Source: Diadema antillarum
Taxonomy: Eukaryota
Assembly: GCF_040938485.1 (NCBI RefSeq)
Contig: NW_027271376.1
Span: forward strand, 124,001-188,000
Direction: 5' to 3'
DNA length: 64,000 nt
Every line of letters starts with the position of its first letter. Positions within the stretch are counted from its first letter, which is position 1. Positions 1 to 12,224 of this stretch are shown piece after piece. Position numbers and translations under genes: made by a program. The notes under the pieces were generated by a model. The model worked only from the letters and a program-made list of their open reading frames with translations. It was not told the origin of the DNA and ran no database searches.

Positions 1-281
1 AAGCATATGTTTGCATCTTGTTTTGGTTTAAAGATATTTGTTGGATTTGTTTTCGCTCCCCTGTCCTTTTCACTGTACAACTGTATGAAATTTTGCTTTA
101 AGATGTCCCCCTGTGCCTCAGTATACATGTACATGTAGGTCACTAGATTAATGGCGGAATTTGCAAATGCTATTTATTATCATTATCATGCCTTTAACTC
201 CTTAGCCACTGATAATGCCAGTGCTACCTAAATGTACCGGTTCATAATGCTCTAGTGCATGTAGAGGTCAGGGGCTGTGGA

Positions 282-295
282 TTTTTTTTTTTTTT

Positions 296-326
<31 letters not shown>

Positions 327-400
327 GAACACTGCTGGCCAGGGGTATCGAGGGTCAATGGACTCCCCCCCCCCCCCCCACCACACACACACACACACAC
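282..400. repeat. Homopolymer cluster: poly-T, poly-G, then poly-C and (CA)n
   Basis: Direct reading; run lengths may be affected by sequencing error. Confidence 0.9.
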
Positions 401-503
401 ATATGAAGTAACACACAGAATTAATGCATGTAATTAGTACTAAATGCCATCAAATTAATTTTGGGTTTTCTCCTCACAGAAGTGATAGTTGTATGATACA
501 TAT

Positions 504-1173
504 GTGTCCCGTTACAACAAAAGGATCCTAAAGTCGCTGACGAGCTAACCGAGAAAATCGAGTTTGAAGTCAGATCATCAAAATCCGTCAAAACGTTCGG
601 ATTTCTGTTTTTGACACAATTTTGTAGTCTAATGTATCTTCTATCATCTGCAGAAATTTTGAAGCTTAAATGATCAAAGGAAAGGCAAGAAAATAGTATT
701 TTTCTGACCCATGATTTTCCGACTTTTAATGGAACAGAAATGTGTCAGAACATTTGGATTTAGAGGCGTAGTTAGACTCCGCCCCTAGTGTCAACGAAGG
801 AGCGATCTCATTGTTCAGTGCGTGGCATCCTGGTTAGTGATTGGTCGTGCGTAGACCGCTGGCGCTAAGCTTGAATGAACATCGCGGAGGTTGCTAGGAG
901 CGTACCTTCTATTGTCAAACGGTGAAAACTGTCTTGCTTCCCCTTGATCATGATAGCGTAGGAAGGAAAACTTTGAAGGCGGTTTTCTCGGAACGCTGAT
1001 TTCTTAAACCACTCAATATGCGCTAATAAAATCATCGATATCTCCGCAACCGAGCACTTTTATGAGTGATGTTATATATTACATTAAAATGGAAGAGTAA
1101 GGAAGTAATGTCATGTGATTTTCAGAAAATTGTCCTCCCCCAACTTTCGGATCCTTTTGTTGCAGCGGGTCAC
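504..1173. mobile_element. Non-autonomous DNA transposon (MITE), about 670 bp, about 31-bp TIRs
   Basis: Left end GTGTCCCGTTACAACAAAAGGATCCTAAAGT matches the reverse complement of the right end (GTGACCCGCTGCAACAAAAGGATCCGAAAGT). Flanks are AT/TA-rich (ATAT and GTAT). No long ORF. Superfamily unresolved. Confidence 0.85.
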
Positions 1174-1609
1174 GTATATTCACTGGCATGTCTTTGAACT
1201 TGATCCTTCCAGGAAGTGGATGTGTGCTAGGTCCCGATAGCATTACAGTGTAACTCAAGTAGACGAGAACCAGATAAACCTGATTCCCAAAATGTACGAG
1301 GAGTCCGAGTGTCTGCATCCATGGCCTAAACTCATGTTTATTTGTTTTGTACTGAGTAGACAAGTTACTTTTACAGAAAGAATTGGAGGTTTCTTCTATC
1401 AAAAATTCTGTCTCAGAATTGGACGTACATGTATTTTTGTGTGATTTACCTTTTCTATTAAAAACATAGTAGTGTGCTGTATTGCTGCAAAACTTGCATG
1501 CAGACATTATACTTAGCAGTCAAAGCCAGGAGCTCACTAGATTTTTACTTTTGCTGACCCCATCCTTGTACACTCTATTCGTATCTTACTTTCGATTGAT
1601 AATATACAT

Positions 1610-1693
1610 TGTTCGATGGCACGTGCTGTTGACTGTAGAAAGCATATACGGTGTTTGATGGCGCATGCTGTTGACTGTAGAAAGGGAATATGG
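1610..1693. repeat. Two-copy 42-bp tandem repeat
   Basis: TGTTCGATGGCACGTGCTGTTGACTGTAGAAAG at 1610 and TGTTTGATGGCGCATGCTGTTGACTGTAGAAAG at 1652. Confidence 0.85.
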
Positions 1694-2505
1694 CACACTG
1701 CTGTACAATGACTCCTTTTACACAGGTGGATTACCAACCTGTCTGTTCTTGTTGGTGGGGGAAAAGGACCTTGTTTCGGGGCATTGAAGGTTCTTGGAGA
1801 ATAGCAGAACAGCTTTAAAAATGCAATTAACAGATAGACATCAGTCGTCCTTTAAGTTTTTGCAAGTGGGCCATATATTTTACAATATGGACATTTCCTG
1901 CTACAGATAGTGAACAATCTAGTCAGTGCACTGTTCAGCAGAGGTGTTGTAACTGAGATTGTGCCACACTAATTCCATTGTACTATGCATTTAAGAAAAA
2001 AAGGTCTAAGGTACCGTGCGGTTAGTTTTGGATAGCCTGTCTTAAAGGCAAACATACAGTCAAAGCATATTGTAAACGGAGTATATTCAGGAATATACAA
2101 TTGCAAATCGAGGATGTAAGTCATATTTCAATGAATTGCACAAGAAATATTGGAGCCCTTTGATGTTTATGCCATGTATAGTGTATTGTCAAAGACTAAA
2201 AGCCTGAATGCTTGCTTGGTGCTTACTTCCCAAGATCTAGCCTTTTTCTCTCTTTTTTTTTCTGTGAACGATGCCTACTTCATGTTGTACCTCATATTCC
2301 CACCCTCTCCAGTTCATAGACTTTGTTCTGACCCATTCTGCACCTGTAGGGTCACAGATGTTTGCAAGTTTGTGTGCTCAGTGTAGGTACAAAAATATAA
2401 AACTTGCTTCTGTGCAGGCTTCAGATTTGTACAGTCTATAATCTTTCATGTACACTTAACTTGGGTCAATGATTTGGGATACAAATATGTCAGCCACAAG
2501 CTTAA

Positions 2506-2534
2506 AGCTCACCTGAGCAAGGCTCAAGTGAGCT
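2506..2534. repeat. Hairpin AGCTCACCTGAGC-AAG-GCTCAAGTGAGCT, probable HINE 5'-end relic
   Basis: 12 of 13 bp pair in the stem; it resembles terminal hairpins of Helentron-associated elements as I recall them from marine invertebrates. Confidence 0.45.
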
Positions 2535-4379
2535 TTCGCAAATGATTAATCGTCCAGTGTTCTCTAAAACCAGAAGTGATAGAACGTAGCATATTTTGAA
2601 GTGCATTAGTGACCGTAGTTTCAAGTTTGTGCATGGAGCATCCTGGGGAGACCAACTTGGCACCCAATTTTCACATTTTGAAAATCCTTGCTAGACCAAG
2701 AAGTGTTAAACTTACGGTAAGTTAATCCATTTTGAGTATTAAAGTGATTGTATCTAGTTTTAGTTCAGATCTAACTTCAGGTTTCCGATATTTTTTGGTA
2801 AGATAATGAGAAACCTCATATGAAATAGGAAAGAGTGCGTAATTCTAAGAGGGATTCAATGTTTATTTGATGAAAATTGGTTGTAAAATGGTTGAGATAT
2901 CCAAAAGAGAGCAATCATAATGAAAGGTGGGACCCACCTTTTATTAGGATCGCTTTGTTTTACTTTGTTTTTTGATGTCTCAGTTATTCCAAAACCAATA
3001 TTCATCTAATAAACTTTCATTTTTTTTTTTTTTTTTTTTTGGTAGAATGGTGTGCTCTGTATCATTTCATAAGTTGTTGCTTGGTATCTTGCAAAAAAGT
3101 TAAAAGCTCAATCCTTATCTCCACCAATACTGTACCATCCCTTTAAAGTACATCGGTGACAGTAGTTTCAAGTTTGCTCATGGCAGATCCGGGGATGCCC
3201 CCTTGGCCCCCCTTACACAAGTTGCGGCGACTAATTGATGGTGGCAGTCGCGGTAAAGTCTCCTGCAGTGCTACATGTAGGCCCTTAAATCCTGTGGTCT
3301 ACCGGATTGAATACCAGAAACCACATTTCAGTGGTTTGGTGTTCTATCTTACTGTATTCTAATGGTAGCATTTCACTAGGTAGTGAGAATTTTTTTTCTC
3401 ATAATGTTGATCCTTTTAATGGTTATCCCTGTGTGTAATTGTTTCTTTTGGTTGCAGAAGTTTCAAAATCCTCATTATTGCTAAATTCATAAATAAATCT
3501 TAGATGTATTTCAAAAGATTATAAGTTTTTAACTGTTCCTCTCTGAAACTGGCAAATTTTTGGAAATTCAATTCAGATTTTGTGCAGATTTGATTAATTC
3601 TTTAGCTTCAGTACTCTATCTCCCATGTGTGCAGTAAAATTCAGAGGTGCATATTTAATGATGACTAAGATAATAATGTCTGCAACAAATTTTTTCCAGG
3701 ACTGTAAGTGTACCATTCTAACTAATGTTGGAATCCACTTCTATAGGGTGCTCATTGTTTGTTATTAAGATAACTATGCATATTTTCATTGCAGTCAGTC
3801 TTTTGTACGATTTGCCCTGCAATACCTAGGCCAAATGCAAGAATCTCTAAGCGTGTAACAGTGTCAATCATGCTTTTTTGCTTGTGTATTATTTAAACCA
3901 GGTTGATGCATTGATGACCGAGTGGAGCAGGAATAAATGTTTGCATGAAATTGCTGTACTGTACACAGCTGAGCCTCGGAAGGAGTGAGATGTCAGTGGT
4001 ACAACCTGTAATTCCACTCTCACACCAGATTTTCACTCCCCAGAAGTTTACCAAAGGGCATCCTGGAAATGTCCCATTCTCAAAACCTCATGCCCCATTG
4101 TTAACATCTGCTTGATCTGTGTGTGAAGATAAGGCTCATTAAATCAATTCTAGATTACTGGGTTGGTACATCAAATTTGTCCTGTAACTTCGCAAAGCAA
4201 TTTTGCCAGTCACAACAATGTATACACATTATAGAACACAATGCCACCCATGTTCAACTTAACTTTCGTTGAGTAAACAGTTTTATAAAATGGGTTCAAG
4301 AATGTAGCCAATAGGAAGCGCTGAAATGAGACACACCTCCTTCCTTTACTTCAGTACAATTGCACTGCCTGTAATCCTA

Positions 4380-5070
4380 TGGTAGATTGCCGATCGTCTG
4401 TGCGCGCGGCGGCTCCTTTGATGAATTGCATGCATACGCGTACGCGCTGTCAATCCTGTAAACAACTTCTAGTTCGGGCTGCCGGCCGGCCGGCCTGTCT
4501 TCCCTTGTGCATAACGGTATGTGTGGCGTACGTACGTATACTGTACTATACGTACACTTTGTACAGTACAGTAGACCAAGCGTTATGGGACCGGACGCGT
4601 ACATGGAGTCACTTTGAAGAGCAAATCCAACGATTTAGCAGGTTAATTCTCACGCCGTTTTCAGAGTATGTTGTCTAGTAGGCCTATATGAGGAGTCTAT
4701 ATCAAGTCTTTAGGGTAAAGGGTGCATATTCTATGTAAAATAAGTAAGTTTTCATGCGGGTGTCCGGAAACCGTTTCAGCGCCATCTGTGGGATCATTTC
4801 GAAACCGTCTAACGGTTGATCACAGTGGCTAGTATTTTCGTCAAATTTTCTATGTGCTTGTAAATATCTGTAAATAAATTGTATTATAATGTAAATAGCA
4901 CCAGTCTGCAAGAATCTTCAGTCTATTGAAGGAGGCAGACTTAATCAGAAGAAGAAGAAGAAACCCAACCCCCCATTATACTTTAACATACTGTATGTGG
5001 ACTTCCGCGAGTGCGACGTGCGTAAAAGTTTGGGACGAACATCTTCGGACGTCTTGACCCACAAAGGTAC
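4380..5070 (+). promoter_or_regulatory. CpG-rich probable promoter and first non-coding exon region of KLHDC3
   Basis: Local CpG enrichment against CpG-poor flanks, a YY1-like GCGCCATCT at about 4778, and a candidate donor AAAG|GTACGT at 5066/5067 upstream of the acceptor at 7464/7465. Confidence 0.5.
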
Positions 5071-7513
5071 GTGAAAAACGCTGAAAATGATGTTAGTTTT
5101 CGAATTTTCGACCCATTTTATAAAACAAATGATGCACAGGATTATTTCACGCACTCTATCCTGTGCATCATTTGTATAACAACTGTACCTTTAAGGAACT
5201 ACTGTAGAGGCTGTAGTTTCAGAGCTATGGACCAGCACATGACTTTCTATGCCATATGGTATGTGTACAGATAATGGATGTAATGTTTAGGAAAATTGTG
5301 ATTTGATAAAATCGCTTCATCTCATTTGCATTTTGCATCTGTATGTCGCTGCTACCTGTAGGTATAATGTGAAACTTTGGACGTTAAACATGTAATACCA
5401 TGACATTTTTTCAAAGACCTGTGCCATTCTTGATACTGAGATTTGATGCTAGAAGTGATTGGAAAATTATCAGATCGATAATTTTTAAATATATGACAAC
5501 TAACAAGACAATTTACCTCATTTTGGATGTCAAGATCTAGACAAATGGCATAACATTTTATGAGCATCTTACTCAGCCATCAGCCATTTCTGTTATGTTA
5601 TTGTGATTGAGTCATTTGTTGAGAGTACTCTTTCATTCTTTGCATAAATTTTGACTGATTTACATTCAGGTACACATCCAACTGTTTCCAAACCTTTTCT
5701 TAAACTATATCAAGACTGTCACCCTCTTTCTAATAATACTCTCCAATAAAGAGGAATGCTAATCCTGTAAATAACAAAATTGAAGCATTTGCAGTTCCAT
5801 CATGTCACTGAGTAACCAAAGAAGAATTCTAAAACAAATGATATCATGTTAACATGACATTGTAGGGAGCTGCAAATCATGTCTGTTCACGTTTTCTGTT
5901 TCACCAATCATCTTCCAAGTGGTGAGATTGACTTGTTTGGCTCAAAATTTCATTAATCTGCTGTTCTTGCTCAACTCTGCACGTTCAAAGCGACCTTTTT
6001 TTTTATCTTTGAAAAAAAAAAAAAATCTGTGGGCGATCATTCTTTGTGTAGAACCAGCCATGGATGAACGTTGTCACATAGATTTGCACGAGAAGTCACA
6101 AATCCTTACATTAAGTTTACTGTGGGATTCATATTTTTTTATTTAACCATCTGCTCGGACAGAACAATGTATGCATTCTTTTTAAAAGACAATGCCAGGG
6201 AAAGAGACAGTTTGTTTATAAGTAGCAATTTAATTGCTTTTTCATGGTTAGCAGAAATTGTCAATCTTGAGAATGTCAATATGATTGACTGTGTCATGAC
6301 AACAATTTGTAATTATCAATCAAGCGTCTAGAATAGATTTGGTAAAAACAGTGACAAATTCTACATGATTTTGTCATTCTGCTCAGAAAGATAATACCTA
6401 CAAGTGTTGCAATGTGTCTGTACTTTACTAAAACAACGAGGCAACCAAACACCCACCCAAGTTTTAATATCAGACAATGAAATGGAGCAGTTTGTGTTTG
6501 ATTTTGAGTGCTCTGGGAAACAAACAAAGATGTTGACATTTAAGAAATTGACATTTTGACCGATGCAAACACACTGTTTTCTTCCAACTTGTGGGAAAAA
6601 CAATTCTGCAGCTAGTGGTGTTTTGACCAAAGTTTGTATTTTTCAAGGGAAGCTGCAGTATTATTCTCTCTCTCTATCTTGCCATCACAGCAACTCAAAA
6701 TAAAGAGTGTGACGGGGCCAAGAAACTGTACACAACTTCCTCTGCTGATGATTGCGTTTGTCACCAGGGAAGTGACTAACGCCTGTTGAACTTAGCAATC
6801 TGTTTTCTGCTCGGACTTTCTCGTCATACTTGTGTGCATGCAAAGTGTGTATTCCAGATATCCAGGGTGTCACTGTATTTCAGATCTCCACTGCATGATA
6901 CCTTCCAGGAGGTGATGTCATTTGATTAGCAAATTGTCAGAGTTGGTGGAAGTGTCTGGTCACAGCGGCAAGTGCTGAAATCACTGAAGAGGGTTTGGAA
7001 GGAATTAGTTAGGTAAGACAGGGTGTGTGGAGGCATCTTCTCAAGTTGAATCACTTCCTTTAACATAGAAAAAAAAACTAAATTTGCTTTGCTCTAAAAG
7101 TTATGGTCACGCCATATCAATTGTTCTTGAAATCAGAGACTTCCATTCATTATAGAAGTAGCATTCTTGAACTATTCAAATTGCTTTGTTAATGATCATC
7201 ACTTTGGTTTAGTTTAGCCAGTATTTAATGCATACATGCAACCTGTTTTCATGTCTGATAAATGGTTGTAAAAGTGCTGAAGCAAAGAGGGGAGTTGACC
7301 AGAGGAGAGAACACTTCTGTGATAAGCATGCATTGTGCTCCAGCGAACGTCTTTGAATGGGGAAAGTTTTCTTCATTGGCTCTATCACCGGTCTCCAGTG
7401 CCAAGTGGAGAAAATGGAGATACCGCCATATCACAGTGTGTTACTGCTTTCCTTCACTTTACAGGGTGCGTATGTGTGGATCTCTCCAAGACTGATTGCC
7501 CAGTCTCTCGATA

Positions 7514-10500
7514 ATGGCTCACTGGATCGCACATCTGGACGGCGGACCGAGAAGGGTCAACCATGCTGCGGTCAGCGTCGGTGACCACATCTACTCATTT
7601 GGGGGCTACTGCACAGGGGGGAACTACGAGCAGTTGGATCCCATCGATGCCTTTGTCTTCAGTATTGGTGAGTTTCAGTATCATCTGCTATAGAGTATTA
7701 GAATACTACTTAACCCATTGACGAATTGATCTTGCTGTTTGATAGCATGCATTTCGCTCATAGACAACTGCCTTTAATAGAATACTTGGGACTTATCTTC
7801 AATGGGTTTTAACAGTTAGCCCGAGATCGAGTACTCAATGCCATGCCAAATACATCTGTCCATCATTGGTATCTGCATGTGCGGCTATTTCATTCCCAAT
7901 TTCTTGTGCAATGCAATCAATGTAGTTCAGAGGTCTTCTGTATGGGCAGAGTAGTCACAAGGAATTTACATCAGATGTAATTTGTTCCTTAGCATGGAAA
8001 CATTGACCAGTGGATTGTATTCTACGACTAGCTATAATAGGAGAAATGGGTGGAATATCTCCATAGATCTCCTCTTTTTGTTTTGTGCTCTCACCAGCTG
8101 TTATAAGACTGTGCTCTCATAAGAAGCTATGAATATTTGTTGGTGTCATGGTTTTTATCACATCGCTAGAGCGGGTTTCAAGGTTATGAATGAAGAAATT
8201 GTCTCTATTGTTTTATGAATATGACAGATGATGTTGAACTGAGCTTGGTATCATTAGGGTCATGTCCTTCCCATCAGGTTTAAATGCTCTGTTTGGCTGT
8301 CAAAAGGCGCTTGTAAAAAGCCCTGCTGCCATGATAAAAATACATGATTAACTTGTAACGTTTATTCACAGAGTTTCAATTTGTTAAAAGCACTAGTGTT
8401 TATTTGCAACTTTGATGTTTCCATAACTTTGCATTCAGTACCATAAAACTAAGATTTTTCTAAACTGGAACTGTTGCTGAGCAGTTCCAGTTCACCAGTA
8501 CACCAGGGCCCTGTTTCATAAAAGATGTTAGGATGACAACTCTTGCTGGAATGACAACTTCCAATTACAAAAGCCAATCAGGAAGCTGGATTCTTGTCAT
8601 TACCATGACAATTGCCATTCCAGCAAGAGTTGCTATCGCATCGACCTTTTATGAAATGGGGCCCAGCTGTTTTGTTTGTCTCACACTAATTAACACATAC
8701 TGATTGATATGAGAATTCGTGAGAAGATTTAAATGATTTGTCACAGTGAGTATTACGTGTCTAATAAAAGTGCTTGTTAATTTGTTGTTCAATTTTTTTT
8801 TTCTCACATATATACTGTAAGCTCGTGAAATACTATCTTGTCATGAGGATGATCCCATTAGGCTACATTATTCGGTCACTCATTGCTATTTAAAGCAACA
8901 AAGTTGTTTTTTTGACTGTTGATTGTGATCGTGCAGAAGAATCGCCTACTACCAAGTTATTTCTTTGCTGTTATGTCTGTGAAAACACTTCAGAGAACCA
9001 CCCACAATAATCCTACTACATGCCTCTGCCCTGCCTGACGTAGCAACAGCCACTATTTGCATTGTACATTGCATTGAAATCACATCATTAATTCGAAGTC
9101 TTTCCTCATTATATTAGCTCTGATGTGGACTATTACTAGTTATTCAGGCTTTTAAATTGAGCCACTGTTGATTTTGAATACATTATAATTGTATTAACCC
9201 CTGTGCTGCTGGACTCCAATCTTATTTGTTTTCACAGGGAGGTCTAAATGGTCACCCATTACGTATGGCAACCAGCCCAGTGAATGCCCCAGGCACCTGC
9301 CTTTCCAAAGATACGGACACTCCGTGGTCGCTGAGAAGGACAAGATATACCTGTGGGGCGGGAGAAATGATACTTCAGGGGCTGACAACAAACTCTATGC
9401 CTTTGATACCAGTGAGTAGAACAGGGAGAAGTTCAAAACAACCAATTATCTCTCTTTCTTTTTTCTGTATTACATGCAAGTATGTATATGATAATATATG
9501 ACAGATGCCCAGGTGGAAATCAAATTTTTGCATATGAATAATGATAGCTACTGTAAAAGTGATTATTTTCACATTCCATTTTACACACTTTGCTGAGTAA
9601 GATGAATTTTGTGTATTTTTAATTCCATGGAATCAAGATATTTATCAGTGGAACATATGACATGCAAAAATATTTCCTTGTTTTTTATTTTCGTGCTGGT
9701 TTCTGGTTGCATGAAGTGCGTGAAGATTTCCACACCGCAAAAATTTCCACTTTTACAGCAATACCAAGAACTGCTGACACATATTAGGCCAACTATGAAT
9801 ACATGCTGGTTTTCTATGATTAAAAGAAGAATAGAGTGAAGCAGCAAACAGCAATCTTTTGAACCGTTGGGCAATATCATGTAAAATAGTGTTTTTGAAG
9901 ATTTTTTTTTTTTTGCAGTGGTATGAGTTTAGGTTAACAATATGCTTAGATGGAGGAGAGTTTTCCTCTTAACCCGTTGAGGACGAGTCCCGAGTATACT
10001 CGGGCAGGGGTCTATGGGAAATGTGTGTTGTAGCAAAGTCAGCCCATCCTTAACGGGTTAAGGATGTAAGAGAACAGGGCAAACACATTTTATCTGGCTA
10101 CCCATTTTTATTTTTGTTTTTTCCTTATATGTACTAAATGAGATATATATCTTTCTTGGAAAAACATTCAAGTGTATGAGTGCACACTGTAACAAAAGAG
10201 TATGACTGACATGCTCTCATGGAGATGTTACATGACACACACTAAATATCAGTACATCTGTCCCACAATCCTCTGGTTGAAAACCATTTCTTGTGCATTG
10301 AGAAAGTCGACCAGTTGCTATGAGGAATCTAAATGCATTGCATTACATACACATGCATTGCTGTTGTTAGTGCTAGAGGTCATTACAACTCCCCGTCTGA
10401 TTCAGAGGACAGCATCATAGATTGCTTGATTGCATAAGTGTAAATCTGTTCTTTCCTTTCCTTTGTTCTACATGAATTCACTACTTTTCACAAGACTACA

Positions 10501-12148
10501 CATGAGTGAACACAACAGGAAGTGACTTTGATTGTGCACAAGAGATATCCTGAGTTTTGAAAACAAAGCTAAACAAAAGCAAATCGACATCTCTGAGGCA
10601 CACACACACACACACACACACACACAAGTTACTGTGTATTTTTCCAATAAATATGGTATGTTTTAAAGAACGCATGCTAGGTGTTTGATTTTGTTTTGTG
10701 TGATAATTTGTCTATGACATAAGAGTAGTTTATGACATGAAAGGAAGTTAGGTCAACTGTGCAGAAGCTGTAGCTGCCCACCTATTACAGTGTTTTGCAG
10801 CCAAATTCCCTGTCTAAATGATGGGCTTTTCACCTGTGTGATTTGTGCTGTACAAGTGTAACTGTTTCAAAGAAATAATGATGAATCTAAACAACTATGA
10901 CAGGGCTTAGATTAATCCAAAGTTACCCATTTACCCCCTCCCCCCCCCCCTCTCCTCCCCCTTCTAAGTAGCCTTAATGCCCCTCTAAGATATCAATGTA
11001 TGGCTTTCTGGATACTTCTTTATGAATGCTGTCTTGAAAAACAGTTGCCTTTTTACAGAAAAAGGGCTATGCCTTTAAAACTGCATGTGTACAGTGGTTA
11101 AATGCAAAGTATGGAGTTGGAGCAAAAAAAGAAAATGCAGCAAAGAAAACCCTTTTTTCCTCAATTGTCTAGATTATTGTTGTGACCAAACAAACAAGGT
11201 GGCAACCAGAACTGTGAATTGTGTTTCATTCAAGCCTGTTTTGGCAAGAAGGAGGTAGTGAGAAGCTACATATGTCATCCATAAAAAGCACAACACGCAC
11301 TGTCACAAAAATGAAAACGCAAACACACACAGACACACACACCACACAGACAGACAGACAGACAGACGGACACACACACATACACAATACAAACAGAGTT
11401 TAGTGTTTTTTATAAGATGTATGCAGGATGTTTGTTTGTGAGTGATGGTGTGAATTGATGACCAAGAGTGAGTACCCTCCTCCCGTGAGAGTGGTTTTTA
11501 GCCGATCCTTCCTCCTAGCTGGTCTGTGGCAGTGCTACAGTGTGGAAGGATGCTGTCTGTGAGTCAGCGGGCTGATGAAGGCAGCATTGGGCCAATCAGT
11601 TATGATATCCAAAGGATCAACTTTTGAAGCACACTTGGGATAAGATCAAGATGACCTTTGACATAACACTCATGGAAGACTGCTACAAGTGAGTGTCATC
11701 AGCGTCATACTTGATAGACAAGCAAAAGAAAAATGAGTAGAAGCAAACAAAAACAAAAAGGCAAAATTGACAGGAGAACTAAAAGGAAGAAGGACAAAAG
11801 GAAGTTTACCTAGTGAACGCAATTATCTATAATATCCATCGGAATGAAGAAGAAGAAAGTAGAATTATCGGAGACAGCTGCCATCAGTTATGTCTTGAAA
11901 CCAGATTTGACAGCCAGTTTGAGATGAGAGTGACATGCGCTGCCTAAAGTGAACAGCACATTGAGAACTTGGGGCAGCTGTAAAGATATTGAGAAGACAG
12001 CAGAGGCAAAAGTCTTGAAGTGTGGTTACATGTTCGTGATGCATGTGAAGATCCCCGGCAAATGATGGTATCTTTCAAGAGACACCTCGCCCGGAAATGT
12101 TAACATGACTTGAGGAATGTGTGTCACTTGTTCTGATGACACACGTAA

Positions 12149-12224
<76 letters not shown>

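Noticed and set aside
255-437. 60-aa ORF with poly-F/G/P and HT runs
   Set aside because: It is a translation of homopolymers and (CA)n.
1079-1507. 142-aa minus-strand ORF
   Set aside because: It runs into a MITE terminus and has no recognisable domain or supporting splice structure.
3902-3988. TPMT-like C-terminus (VDAL...CLHE...L.T)
   Set aside because: The resemblance is short and gapped, and no upstream TPMT exons were found in 1-3900; kept only as an unassigned speculative exon.
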